Numbered from the stretch's first letter, positions 28,803 through 38,166 are shown. The stretch: 64,000 nucleotides of DNA from Christensenella sp. UBA7703 (GCA_002482505.1 DLGD01000019.1:35473-99472), one strand, 5' to 3'. Notes: generated from the sequence alone by a model not told the origin. Translations and numbers: made by a program.

Positions 28803-31739
28803 TTAGAAGAGATTGTTGTCGTCGGTGTTCTCGTCTTCATCATCCATCTTGTCCTCACGGTTTTTGACATAGAGCCAGATTCCGCCGACGATCAGCGCAA
28901 CCGCGATGAGGATGATTGCCGCGATAAACCAGCCGTCCGAGCCGATTCCCTCATTGCCCTTATCGGGCGAAACGGAGGGCGAAGGCAGCGGAGAGGCGGA
29001 GGCATCCGGCGTGGGCGAGAGCGAAGGCGAGGGGCTGACCTCGTTGATGTCGCGGTTGAGGAAGACATAGTCCGAGCAATGCGTCTGCGAAACGGTTGCC
29101 CAGCCGGTGTTATCCACCACCGCTGTCTGCTGGAACGTCATGGTATTGTCCGCATTCAGCAGGTAGTAATAGAGCGTCTTGCCCGACTGCGCCGCGCCGA
29201 CATTCAGGCGGATATTCGCCTTTGCCGGCAGTTCGCCGCTGTAGTTATAGTGTACGGTTGCAACATAGGCGTCGCCCGCGATCTCCTGTGCGGTCTGCGC
29301 GGCGATGGAGTTGTTGATCGTAGTGCCGAAGTCATACCAAAGCTGGGTATACGTCTGCGTCATCGTTCCTTTAGCGAAGGAGAACTCCACGTCCGGCTGC
29401 TTGATGGTCACATCCTGCGCTTTGTTGCCTTCCGCGAGGCTCTTCATCGTCGAATACAGAATGCGGGTGTTGTCCGGCGTGAGGGTGTAGGTATACAGCG
29501 CGGTGGAGGCGCTGCTCGTCGCGCCGGGCTTCGGGGACGGCGTTGCGCTCGTGTCATCATCCGAAGAGGAGGCAGCCGAAGTCGAAGTCTTATACGGATC
29601 GCTGGCGGGCGAAGCTTCCGTGGTTGCCGTCGCCTTATAGCGCTGATAAAACGTGTAGCTCGTGCCGGACTTTAAGCCGCTGAACGACGGGCTGTCCTGC
29701 CAGGTTGTTCCACCGCGGGAATACTCTACCCCGGAGACCGTGTTGAGCACGATCTTGGTAGTCGAGCGGCTGTATCGCGTTGGCGCATCCGGCGCGTTGC
29801 CGGTATAGTATGCCTTTGCGACCGTGCCAAGCGATTTGGTAACGACGCCACCCTGCACGGAGCTGGTCACTTCAACCGAAAGCGGGTTGCTGATATCCGC
29901 CGCGCTCACCGCGTAGGCTGCACCCGTACCAACGACGGTTGCACCGCGCTTCCAGGTATAGGTCAGCGTGCCGGTGTTGTTGCTGCCCGAGAGCGTCGCG
30001 GTCATGGTCATGCCATAGCGCGCCTCGCCGGTGGTGTTGATCGTGCCCGTCAGGCCGGATAGCGTACTGAAGTTTGCGCCTGCGCTAGGCGCGGAGGCAA
30101 GCGTCGTCGCGGTTTCCGCAACACGCTGATAGAACGTATAGACGGCTCCCGTCGTCAGGGAGTGGAATGTCGTCGTGTCCTGCCAATAGGTTCCGCCGAG
30201 CGAGTATTGATAGCCGGTGACGGCGTTAAGGGTGATGGTACTCGCCGTTGCGCTTGCCATCGTCGGCGCGGCGGGCACGGTGGTGTTCTCCGCCTTTTGC
30301 ACCGTTGCGGTGGCGGCGGTGAGCGCGCCGCTCTGCTCGCTCGTGGTCACAGACAGCGTAATCACCTGTCCAACATCCGCACTGCCAAGTAGATATGTCG
30401 TTCCGGTGCCGACGGTTGCGCCACCGCGCTGCCAGACATAGTTGATCGTGCCGGATGCGTTGGAGCCGGAGAGGGAGCCCGTCAGGGTTTTGCCGGACTG
30501 CGCGGTGCCGGTGATGACCGCGGTCCCGGTGAGCCCGGTGACGGTCTTGATGGTGAGCTTCTCGCTCGTGGCGGAGGCAAGCGTGGTGCTTGTTTCCTTC
30601 ACGCGTTGGTAGAAGTCATAGCTGGTACCCGCAGTGAGGCCGGAGAACGTCGCGCTGTCCTGCCAGGCGCTGCCGGTGTACATGTATTCATAGCCAGCCA
30701 CGCTCTGGAGCACGACGGAAGTCTCCGTCACACTCTGTTGAACGGGATTGGTTACGGTGCCGGAATACGGCGTTTTTGTGATCGCTGCGGTCGAGGCGGA
30801 GAGGGTGCCCGTGAGGGTAGCGTCCGTCACGTCGAGGCGAATCACCTTGCCGACGTCGTCCGAAACCAGCGTATAGGTGGTGTCCTTGTTGCCTGTTGCA
30901 ACCTGCGTCTCCGTCGCGCCGTCCAGACGCACCCACTTGAGCGTGATTCCGCTCAAATCCGTCTGGTTGATGCCGGAGAGATTTGCAGAAAGCGTTCCGC
31001 CGAGATAGGCGTTGCCGGAGATGACCGGCGTGCCGGAAAGCGCGGTAATCGCCGAGCGGGTGATGTAGACCTCCAGATCACTCGTCAGAGCAGCGCCGGA
31101 AAGGGTAAAGCTTCCGGCAACTCCGCCGACCTTGACGGAGGTGTGCAGGTCATACCCTGCCTGTGAGGGAATCGTGAACGCGACGTTCGTTCCGCTGGCA
31201 ACCGCGGTGCCGCTGACAATCGCGGTTACTCCCGCTGTTGCGCCCTGCCCCGCGCCGGAGGTGGTGAACACCACGGCGAGTTTTGCGGCATCATCGGTTG
31301 TTGCAAACGAGCCGGATGCTGCGGCGTTCGGGTTGTTCGCCGCGTCGGCAAACACACCCGCATCCACATTGACCGAATAGGTCTTGCTGATCGCAAGCGT
31401 GAGCGGGGTTCCTGCGTTGGTGAAGTCACTCAGGTCATAGACGGCGTACCAAGGCCCGCTCGTTGCGTCGCCAACCAGCGTTCCCGACGTGGCATCCGCC
31501 GAATAGGTCGTTGCGCCATCAGAAACCGTGATGAAAGAGCCCGAGACCAGAGACACCTTCTCGGTCAACGAAAAGATGATTTTCTGGTTCGCGGTTGTCG
31601 CTGCGTTTGCCGTGGGCGAGTACAACGTCGCGACAGGCGGGGTTGTGTCCGCTTCCGCAAGCGCCGCCGCGGGCAGAGAGACCGCCAACGCGAGCACGAC
31701 GAAAAACGCCAATAGTTTTTTGTGTTTTGTGAAGATCAT
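28803..31739 (-). CDS. Large membrane-anchored surface protein with Ig/FN3-like repeats
   Basis: Signal peptide, Thr/Ser-rich beta repeats (three units containing WQD..F.GL..G..Y.FYQR), SP linkers, C-terminal transmembrane segment and acidic tail. Confidence 0.85.
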   Translation of the reverse strand: MIFTKHKKLLAFFVVLALAVSLPAAALAEADTTPPVATLYSPTANAATTANQKIIFSLTEKVSLVSGSFITVSDGATTYSADATSGTLVGDATSGPWYAVYDLSDFTNAGTPLTLAISKTYSVNVDAGVFADAANNPNAAASGSFATTDDAAKLAVVFTTSGAGQGATAGVTAIVSGTAVASGTNVAFTIPSQAGYDLHTSVKVGGVAGSFTLSGAALTSDLEVYITRSAITALSGTPVISGNAYLGGTLSANLSGINQTDLSGITLKWVRLDGATETQVATGNKDTTYTLVSDDVGKVIRLDVTDATLTGTLSASTAAITKTPYSGTVTNPVQQSVTETSVVLQSVAGYEYMYTGSAWQDSATFSGLTAGTSYDFYQRVKETSTTLASATSEKLTIKTVTGLTGTAVITGTAQSGKTLTGSLSGSNASGTINYVWQRGGATVGTGTTYLLGSADVGQVITLSVTTSEQSGALTAATATVQKAENTTVPAAPTMASATASTITLNAVTGYQYSLGGTYWQDTTTFHSLTTGAVYTFYQRVAETATTLASAPSAGANFSTLSGLTGTINTTGEARYGMTMTATLSGSNNTGTLTYTWKRGATVVGTGAAYAVSAADISNPLSVEVTSSVQGGVVTKSLGTVAKAYYTGNAPDAPTRYSRSTTKIVLNTVSGVEYSRGGTTWQDSPSFSGLKSGTSYTFYQRYKATATTEASPASDPYKTSTSAASSSDDDTSATPSPKPGATSSASTALYTYTLTPDNTRILYSTMKSLAEGNKAQDVTIKQPDVEFSFAKGTMTQTYTQLWYDFGTTINNSIAAQTAQEIAGDAYVATVHYNYSGELPAKANIRLNVGAAQSGKTLYYYLLNADNTMTFQQTAVVDNTGWATVSQTHCSDYVFLNRDINEVSPSPSLSPTPDASASPLPSPSVSPDKGNEGIGSDGWFIAAIILIAVALIVGGIWLYVKNREDKMDDEDENTDDNNLF

Positions 31740-32051
31740 ATGCGCTCCTTTCCGCAGCGCGGCGGGTGGTTTTTGCTGTGCCGCGCGCAGTGGGTCCTGT
31801 GTCAATTCTTTCTTTTTCTTCCAGTTTGCTTGTCTCAGGCGGGAGTCCTGAAACAAGCGGGGACTGCTTCTTTGGGGTTCATGGACGAACGCGATACTCT
31901 TTGCCTCAGTATGCCACATTCATTTTTCGATTGCAAACCGTCAAAGGCGCTTCTATCTACAACACTCGGCAAAAACCAGATTCGTTGCAGAGTGTTTGCA
32001 ATTTCTACGAAATTTTCGGAGAAAATTTTTTGCGGTGTTCGCTTGGATACC

Positions 32052-32074
32052 GCGGGGGGATACTATCCGCCCGC
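32052..32074. repeat. REP-like palindrome (one mismatch)
   Basis: GCGGGgGGATACTATCCGCCCGC. Confidence 0.65.
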
Positions 32075-32179
32075 ACCGCCGGAATGTCAGGACTTTTCAT
32101 TCTGTGCGGGTCGATCCCTCGCGCACACAAAAAAAAGAACTATCCGCTTCCAGATAGTCCTTCTCTTCCATATGGTAAT

Positions 32180-32392
32180 TTACAGTACGTGTTTCAGCGC
32201 GAAAAATCGGCGATACAGCGCGTCATATTCGCAGCCACAACTGCCGCATTCTTCGTTTGCCTGCTCCACCGCTGAAATCAGCTCGTCCTTGCAGCTCTCT
32301 CCGCAGAGATATGCGTTCGCGGGCAAGGAGATCAACTCCCAGCCGGAATCCGCAAAGCGTTTCAAGATTGACCGAAGTTCATGCTCTTCCAT
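32180..32392 (-). CDS. Small hypothetical protein with a CGSCGC motif (70 aa)
   Basis: Strong AGGAGG RBS and a protein-like composition. Confidence 0.75.
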   Translation of the reverse strand: MEEHELRSILKRFADSGWELISLPANAYLCGESCKDELISAVEQANEECGSCGCEYDALYRRFFALKHVL

Positions 32393-32519
32393 CTTGCGTG
32401 TGCCTCCTTCTACATTTGTTTGTTTCGGGGGTACCGTTTCAGAATGGGTTTCTTCCGTCGTATGCTGCTGTTTTCCCTCGCGGCTCTTTATGATCGCTGA
32501 AACAGATGAACGAACGTTA

Positions 32520-32933
32520 TTACGCCTTTGCGCTCTGTTCCTTCTTCAGGCGGGCCGCTTCGCGCTCCTCTTCTTCCTTCATCTGTGAGTAGCGGATTGC
32601 GCTGTCGTTTTCGTCCCAGAGGCGCTCCATATTGTAATACTTACGCTCTTCGGGATAGAAGACATGTACGAGAATATCCGCAAAATCAAGCACGACCCAT
32701 TTGCCTTCGCCATAACCTTCGCTGCGGCGGAGGGTGAGGCCAAGCTCGGCCGCTTTATGATCGACCTCGTCGGCAAGCGATTTGACCTGCTGGGTTGCTC
32801 TGCCGCTGCAGATGATGAACCAGTCGGCCACGATGGTTTTGTCCGCGACATGGATTGCAACAATGTCGACCGCTTTCTTATTGTAGAGTACTTCGCAGAC
32901 GGCAAGCGCCTTTTGTTTGATGGATTCGTTCAA
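32520..32933 (-). CDS. rsfS: Ribosome silencing factor
   Basis: KKAVDI, DWFIICSG, WVVLD..DILVHVF and YNMERLW; TTG start after GGAGG. Confidence 0.93.
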   Translation of the reverse strand: MNESIKQKALAVCEVLYNKKAVDIVAIHVADKTIVADWFIICSGRATQQVKSLADEVDHKAAELGLTLRRSEGYGEGKWVVLDFADILVHVFYPEERKYYNMERLWDENDSAIRYSQMKEEEEREAARLKKEQSAKA

Positions 32934-32998
32934 GTGGTTTCCTCCGTGCTTTCTTGTGTGTTCTGTTTGTATCATTTTTTTCGTTTATTCTGTTCGTG

Positions 32999-34138
32999 TC
33001 AGCGCGTTTTTTGCGCGTACCAGGCGAGCGCCCGCGCGGAGGCGGGATGCGTTTTCTTGCCCCGTCTTTCGATTAATTGGGAAACGCGCGCGACGGCATA
33101 TTGCATAAAGCTGTCGATGTCCGGCGAAATGCGGCTTCGATACTCCTCCACACCGGAGAAGTCCCGCGAAGGTTCGATGAGATCCGCCGCGTAAATCAGC
33201 GCCTCGAAATCCGTCATCCCCCAGTCCCCCGTCGTGTGCAGCCGGATCGCGCGGAGTATGGTTTCGTCCGTGATGCCGTACTCCATCTTTGCGAGCACCG
33301 CACCCGCAAACGCATGATAGACGGGCGCAATCCCCGTTTCGTCGCCGGAGAGTACCTCCTGCGTGATGGGATCGAGGCACTTTGCGCAGTCGTGCAACAG
33401 CGCGGCGATCCGCGCCTTTTGCGCATCCTGCTGCCAGAGCACAGCGAGCCTTGCCGCCGCACGCATGGTTCCGCAAACGTGGGAATATCGCTTGGGTGTG
33501 AGTGCTATGCGGCTCTTTTCCTGCATGACCCGCAATTCCGGCGGGAAATAGTCTCCGCACTCATAGACCGCCTGCTCCACCGCGTCCGGCAGCATGCCTT
33601 CCAGTGGAAGCCCCGCCGTCAGCCGTTTTCGAATCTCGGTAGACGAGATCACGTCTGCCTTGGCGGAAAGCAGGCGAACCCTTGCGCCATATCGCTCGCG
33701 CAGCATCTGCGCGGTCTTCTCATCGTCCTGATCGATGCCCACGCGCGGCACGCAGAGCACGCCCGCGACCTTGAGTACCTCTTCGGGATGGTACCAGTTC
33801 GGCAGATCGGTGAGTGTATCGCTGCCGATGATGAGAAAGAGTTCCGCTTCGGGATTCTGCGTGAAAAGCTCCTGCAAGGTCAAGAGCGTATAGCTCTTTC
33901 CGCCGCGCAAGATCTCCAGATTGCTCGCTTCCAGCCGCGCTTTGCCGGAGACTGCAATCTCCACCAGACGAAAGCGGACATCGGCGGGAACGCCTTCGTC
34001 CACGCGCTTGTGCGGCGGGTCGGCGGCTACCATGAGCAGAACGCGATCCAGCGCGGCTTCGTCCCGCGCAATCTCGGCCATCTGCACATGCGCGCGGTGG
34101 ATGGGGTTAAACGTGCCGCCAAGCAGTCCGATTCGCAT
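32999..34138 (-). CDS. nadD: Fused NadD and YqeK-like HD-domain protein
   Basis: GGTFNPIHRAH and ISSTEIR, followed by KRYSH, LLHDCAK, IRLHTTG and ADLIEP.R. Confidence 0.92.
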   Translation of the reverse strand: MRIGLLGGTFNPIHRAHVQMAEIARDEAALDRVLLMVAADPPHKRVDEGVPADVRFRLVEIAVSGKARLEASNLEILRGGKSYTLLTLQELFTQNPEAELFLIIGSDTLTDLPNWYHPEEVLKVAGVLCVPRVGIDQDDEKTAQMLRERYGARVRLLSAKADVISSTEIRKRLTAGLPLEGMLPDAVEQAVYECGDYFPPELRVMQEKSRIALTPKRYSHVCGTMRAAARLAVLWQQDAQKARIAALLHDCAKCLDPITQEVLSGDETGIAPVYHAFAGAVLAKMEYGITDETILRAIRLHTTGDWGMTDFEALIYAADLIEPSRDFSGVEEYRSRISPDIDSFMQYAVARVSQLIERRGKKTHPASARALAWYAQKTR

Positions 34139-34422
34139 GTAAGCCGTCCTAACCCCTCTCGTTCTTTCTCAAACGCGATTGCGTTCACAGGCAAAGTCAA
34201 CCAATCGCTGAAACTTTGCTTCATACTATTAGAATACCATGTTTTTTTCTCCCGTAAAAGAGCGGGTTTGTTTGACGGCAAGTTCCCCCACGCAGAATTG
34301 ACAAACGCAGGGTGGAATGCGACAATAAACACGTATAAATATTAGCAAAGCCTGCATGCGCGCGCTGTTTGCTTCTTTGCACGTCCTGCGGGCAAACGAC
34401 AATTCGAAAGCGGGGTTTTATC

Positions 34423-35934
34423 ATGGCAATTGAGTACAAAAAGCTGCAAAACGGAAGCGACATCCGCGGGGTCGCGATGGAGGGCATCGAAGGCCAGCCG
34501 GTTACGCTGAGCGCGGAGGCCGTCACCAACATCGCCAAAGCGTTTGTGTTGTTTTTACAAGAACGCACGGGTAAGAGCGAGCTCAAGCTCTCGATCGGGC
34601 GGGACTCCCGCCTCTCCGGCGAAGCGCTACTCAAGGCGGCGGCGGATGGAATCCTCGCGATAGGCGCGGATCTTGCCGACTTTGGCCTTGCCAGCACACC
34701 GAGTATGTTCATGAGCACCGTCACAAAGGGCTATGAGTACGATGGCGCGATTATGCTCACCGCGAGCCACCTGCCCTGGAACCGCAACGGGTTGAAATTT
34801 TTTACGAAAGACGGCGGGCTGGAGAAGAGCGACATCGCGAGCATTCTCGCCAGCGCGCAGGCGGATGCGTTCATCCCCGCCGTGGAGCGCGGCAAACTCA
34901 CGAAGGTCGATTTTCTCTCGGTCTATGCCGAGGGGCTGGTCGAGCGAATCCGCAGCGGCGTGAACGCCGAGGATTATGATCACCCGCTCAAGGGGTTCCA
35001 TATCGTCGTGGACGCGGGCAACGGCGCGGGCGGGTTTTATGTAGACCGCGTGCTGCAGCCGCTGGGCGCGGATACCACGGGCAGCCAGTTCCTCGAACCC
35101 GACGGGCATTTCCCCAACCATCAGCCAAACCCGGAGGACAAGGCGGCGATGGATTCCGTCGCGCAGTGCGTGCTGGACAACAAGGCCGACATGGGCATCA
35201 TCTTCGACACGGATGTGGATCGCGCGGGCGCCGTCGCCAACGACGGAAAAGAGCTCAACCGCAACCGCCTGATTGCGCTCATCTCCGCCGTGCTTCTGGA
35301 GGAGCATCCGGGCACGACCATCGTCACGGATTCGATTACCTCCAGCGGGCTTGCCGCGTTTATCGCGGAAAAAGGCGGCGTGCATCACCGCTTCAAGCGC
35401 GGATATAAGAACGTTATCGACGAGAGCATCCGCATCAACAAGAGCGGCCGCGACAGCCAGCTCGCGATTGAAACCAGCGGGCACGGCGCGCTGAAGGAAA
35501 ACTATTTCCTCGACGACGGGGCCTATCTCATCACCAAGCTGCTCATCAAGATGGCGCAGCTTCGCAAGGAAAACCGCACGCTGTTTTCGCTGATCGATTC
35601 CCTCGCGGAACCGATCGAAAGCGTCGAAGTGCGTATGAATATCTTGATTCCCGAATTTGCGGCGTATGGCAGCGGCATCCTCAAAGACCTCGCGGACTAT
35701 GCGGCAAAAGAGAGCTGGGATGTGGCGAAGGAGAATTACGAAGGGCTTCGCGTTTCGTTTGGCACAGGCGCGGGCGACGGCTGGTTCCTGCTCAGGATGT
35801 CGCTGCATGATCCGCTCATGCCGCTGAATATCGAGAGCAACTCCGTCGGCGGCGTGCACCAGATCGCGCAGAAGTTGTATGCGTTCTTGAGCGGATATGA
35901 CAAGCTGGAGACGAGTGGGTTGAAGGGGCTATAA
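34423..35934 (+). CDS. Phosphoglucomutase/phosphomannomutase family protein
   Basis: GSDIRG, TASHLP, FDTDVDRA and ETSGH. Confidence 0.93.
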   Translation: MAIEYKKLQNGSDIRGVAMEGIEGQPVTLSAEAVTNIAKAFVLFLQERTGKSELKLSIGRDSRLSGEALLKAAADGILAIGADLADFGLASTPSMFMSTVTKGYEYDGAIMLTASHLPWNRNGLKFFTKDGGLEKSDIASILASAQADAFIPAVERGKLTKVDFLSVYAEGLVERIRSGVNAEDYDHPLKGFHIVVDAGNGAGGFYVDRVLQPLGADTTGSQFLEPDGHFPNHQPNPEDKAAMDSVAQCVLDNKADMGIIFDTDVDRAGAVANDGKELNRNRLIALISAVLLEEHPGTTIVTDSITSSGLAAFIAEKGGVHHRFKRGYKNVIDESIRINKSGRDSQLAIETSGHGALKENYFLDDGAYLITKLLIKMAQLRKENRTLFSLIDSLAEPIESVEVRMNILIPEFAAYGSGILKDLADYAAKESWDVAKENYEGLRVSFGTGAGDGWFLLRMSLHDPLMPLNIESNSVGGVHQIAQKLYAFLSGYDKLETSGLKGL

Positions 35935-36054
35935 AAAACCTAAGACTGTTTGGAATAAGAAAGCGGGCGGCGCGTGAACGCTGCCCGTGGTCAAGAAATT
36001 ATTAAATCTTCTCATCATAAAGTACAGTTTGCTAATAGCTTATTGTCGAAATCA

Positions 36055-36108
36055 TTGACAAGATTAATAATCTAATGTAATCTGTGAATGTAACTAATCC
36101 TTAGTTAC
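36055..36108 (+). promoter_or_regulatory. hicA promoter with two palindromic operators
   Basis: TTGACA-N17-TAATCT. Inverted repeats AGATTA-a-TAATCT (36061-36073) and GTAACTAA-tcc-TTAGTTAC (36090-36108). Confidence 0.7.
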
Positions 36109-36123
36109 GGCTTGGAGGCTTGA

Positions 36124-36378
36124 ATGGGATCGACGAAACTGCTAGATAAGCTGTTGAGAAGATCAGGTAGCTTTACATATAAAGAAGTTCAGGCTCTGAT
36201 GAACGCTCTTGGTTTTATAGAGAATCAAAAGGGACACACCGCTGGTTCGCGGGTGTCCTTCATCCATCCCGTTTCGAAAAGTATTTTTTATATGCATAGG
36301 CCGCATCCCGAGAACACCATTGGCAAGAAAACAATAGATGAGTTAGTGAGATTTCTTAAGGAGGAGGAGATTATTTAG
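36124..36378 (+). CDS. hicA: HicA-family toxin
   Basis: 84 aa basic protein with LGF...GSRVSF and HRPHP motifs; GGAGG RBS. Confidence 0.88.
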   Translation: MGSTKLLDKLLRRSGSFTYKEVQALMNALGFIENQKGHTAGSRVSFIHPVSKSIFYMHRPHPENTIGKKTIDELVRFLKEEEII

Positions 36379-36845
36379 TGTCAGATATTATTGAATACAA
36401 AGGCTATCAGACTAAGATCGAGTTCGATTCTGATTCAAACCTTTTGTTTGGTGTAGTTATGGGTATCAATGATCGGATCATTATAGAAGCTGAAGGTGTA
36501 ACTGAGTTTAAAGATGCTTTTCATGAATCTGTCGATGATTATTTAGCGCTTTGCAAAGAATTAAACAAGGAGCCACAAAAGCCTTATAAAGGTGTGTTTA
36601 ATGTTAGGGTAAGCCCTGCTTTGCACAAAGAAGCAGCTCAAGAGGCATATAGGAGGAGCATTACACTTAATGAGTTTGTGTGTGAAGCCATTGAGCAGCA
36701 TTTAGAGTTAGAAGAAAAATACTCTGAATGGAAGGAAAGCCAAAGAATAGTTGATGAACCCCGCTTCAATTTCTCCGAGATTCGAACAGCAAAAGTTGGA
36801 AATCTTCTGCAATATCAACCCCGAACTGCCGAGAATCTGAATTGA
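36378..36845 (+). CDS. hicB: HicB-family antitoxin with a C-terminal extension
   Basis: YKGY..IEFD, AFHESVDDYL..C...KEPQKPYKG.FNVR.SP.LH and the RHH segment TLNEFV..AI, then about 50 extra residues. Start overlaps the hicA stop. Confidence 0.9.
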   Translation: MSDIIEYKGYQTKIEFDSDSNLLFGVVMGINDRIIIEAEGVTEFKDAFHESVDDYLALCKELNKEPQKPYKGVFNVRVSPALHKEAAQEAYRRSITLNEFVCEAIEQHLELEEKYSEWKESQRIVDEPRFNFSEIRTAKVGNLLQYQPRTAENLN

Positions 36846-36853
36846 GGTGAAGT

Positions 36854-37273
36854 ATGGAGAACAGCAAAATTAAACTCACAAACTATCAAGTTGATGAGAT
36901 CAAATTTAACATCAATCAAAATTGGGAGACTAATAAAACGGTCAAGCTAGCGCCTCAGTTTTCATGGGGCCGCGCTATTAACGATGAAAACAGTCATGAA
37001 CTATTAGCTCTTGAATGTGAACTTTTTAAAGATGTAGAAGACCCTCCTTTCTGGTGCTTTGTGAAGATAACTGGTGAGTTTGAGATTAGCGAAGGTATTG
37101 ACAGGGATTCCTTACAGCATCCGATGCTTTCTCTCCTGATTCCATACATGCGTGCTCTTATATCTCAAGTAACTGCTGTTGCTCAAGTTAAGCCAGTTAC
37201 TCTTCCGATAATTGATATTGACGTGATATTGGCTTCCGCAATCCCGGTAAATAAAGAGAGTGAGCAATTATAA
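36854..37273 (+). CDS. SecB-like chaperone
   Basis: 139 aa acidic protein with SecB-like features: Y.V..I.F, PF...V.ITG.F and L.PY.RA.ISQVT......PV.LP.ID. Confidence 0.82.
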   Translation: MENSKIKLTNYQVDEIKFNINQNWETNKTVKLAPQFSWGRAINDENSHELLALECELFKDVEDPPFWCFVKITGEFEISEGIDRDSLQHPMLSLLIPYMRALISQVTAVAQVKPVTLPIIDIDVILASAIPVNKESEQL

Positions 37274-37353
37274 CAAAAGCCCTCAAGAGTTTTCTAATAC
37301 TCTCGGTCTTTGATTTAGTAATTCTGGTATCACATAACTTCATTGATATTCCC

Positions 37354-37388
37354 AAAACCCCGCAGCTAACGCCACGGGGTTTTGCTTT
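37354..37388. terminator. Bidirectional terminator between the TAC locus and thiT
   Basis: AAAACCCCG-cagctaacgcca-CGGGGTTTT. Confidence 0.7.
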
Positions 37389-37412
37389 GCTCCAACTATT
37401 TGGTTGCTGGAA

Positions 37413-38096
37413 TTAGCTCTTGCTAAACACCCGTTTAAACAGCCTTTGCACCGGCGGCAGGGTGGCGACGACGACGCAGAGAATCGTATCCACGCCGATG
37501 GTGAGGAAATTGTAGATCAGCGAATAAACCCAGGGGTTGCTGAACCCGTAATCCGCCGCATAGGAGCCAAAGAAGACCGCGCCGGAAACCGTGCTCGCCA
37601 TCATCCGCAAAAACCCGGCGACAGCCGCGCCCAGCGGCAGGTTCTTCGGGAAAAACGCAGCGGTGCCAAGCAGCGTAAACGCCACGAAATAGTCCAGAAT
37701 GAACTGCACGGGATGCACGATGTATGCCCCCTGCACCACCTGCAGCAGCGAGAACGCAAACGCCGCGGTGAAGCCGTAGACCGGGCCGAAATAAGCGGCA
37801 TAGGCAAAGATCGGCAGCATCGAGAGCAGTGTGATGGTTCCGCCCAGCGGCAGCGAGAAGAGCTTGAAGTAGCTGAGCACGAACGCAAGCGTGATCGACA
37901 GCGCGCCGTAGACGAGCGACTGCGTGCGGCTGGGTTTGCCAACGGCTTCCGGCTGGGTTGCCGCCTGCACCTTTGCGCGCTTAGCGTAAGACACAACCAC
38001 CGCGATGAGCACGCCTAGCACGACGAGCCCGCCGAGGAGCATGTACAGCTCGATCCCTTCGAGCGAGGCGAGTTTGCTGAACAGTTTGAATTCCAT
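37413..38096 (-). CDS. thiT: ECF transporter S component, thiamine (ThiT)
   Basis: LP.GGTIT...MLP, HPVQFILDY, SGAVFF..YA and YSLIYN; TPP riboswitch upstream. Confidence 0.88.
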   Translation of the reverse strand: MEFKLFSKLASLEGIELYMLLGGLVVLGVLIAVVVSYAKRAKVQAATQPEAVGKPSRTQSLVYGALSITLAFVLSYFKLFSLPLGGTITLLSMLPIFAYAAYFGPVYGFTAAFAFSLLQVVQGAYIVHPVQFILDYFVAFTLLGTAAFFPKNLPLGAAVAGFLRMMASTVSGAVFFGSYAADYGFSNPWVYSLIYNFLTIGVDTILCVVVATLPPVQRLFKRVFSKS

Positions 38097-38166
38097 TGTT
38101 TTTCTCCTTTTTCCACAAAAAAATAGTCGCCAGTGAGACGACCATCAAAAAGAAGCTGCGATATGT

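Noticed and set aside
31740-31990. c-di-AMP or c-di-GMP riboswitch upstream of the surface protein
   Set aside because: Hairpins are present, but the conserved aptamer motifs could not be found on the coding strand.
33077-34345. 422-aa plus-strand ORF
   Set aside because: Antisense shadow of nadD-yqeK.
34627-35859. 410-aa minus-strand ORF
   Set aside because: Antisense shadow of the phosphohexomutase gene, expected from GC-rich codon bias.
35935-37400. Terminal direct repeats or a mobile element around the TAC insert
   Set aside because: No convincing att sites, target duplication or recombinase gene were seen.
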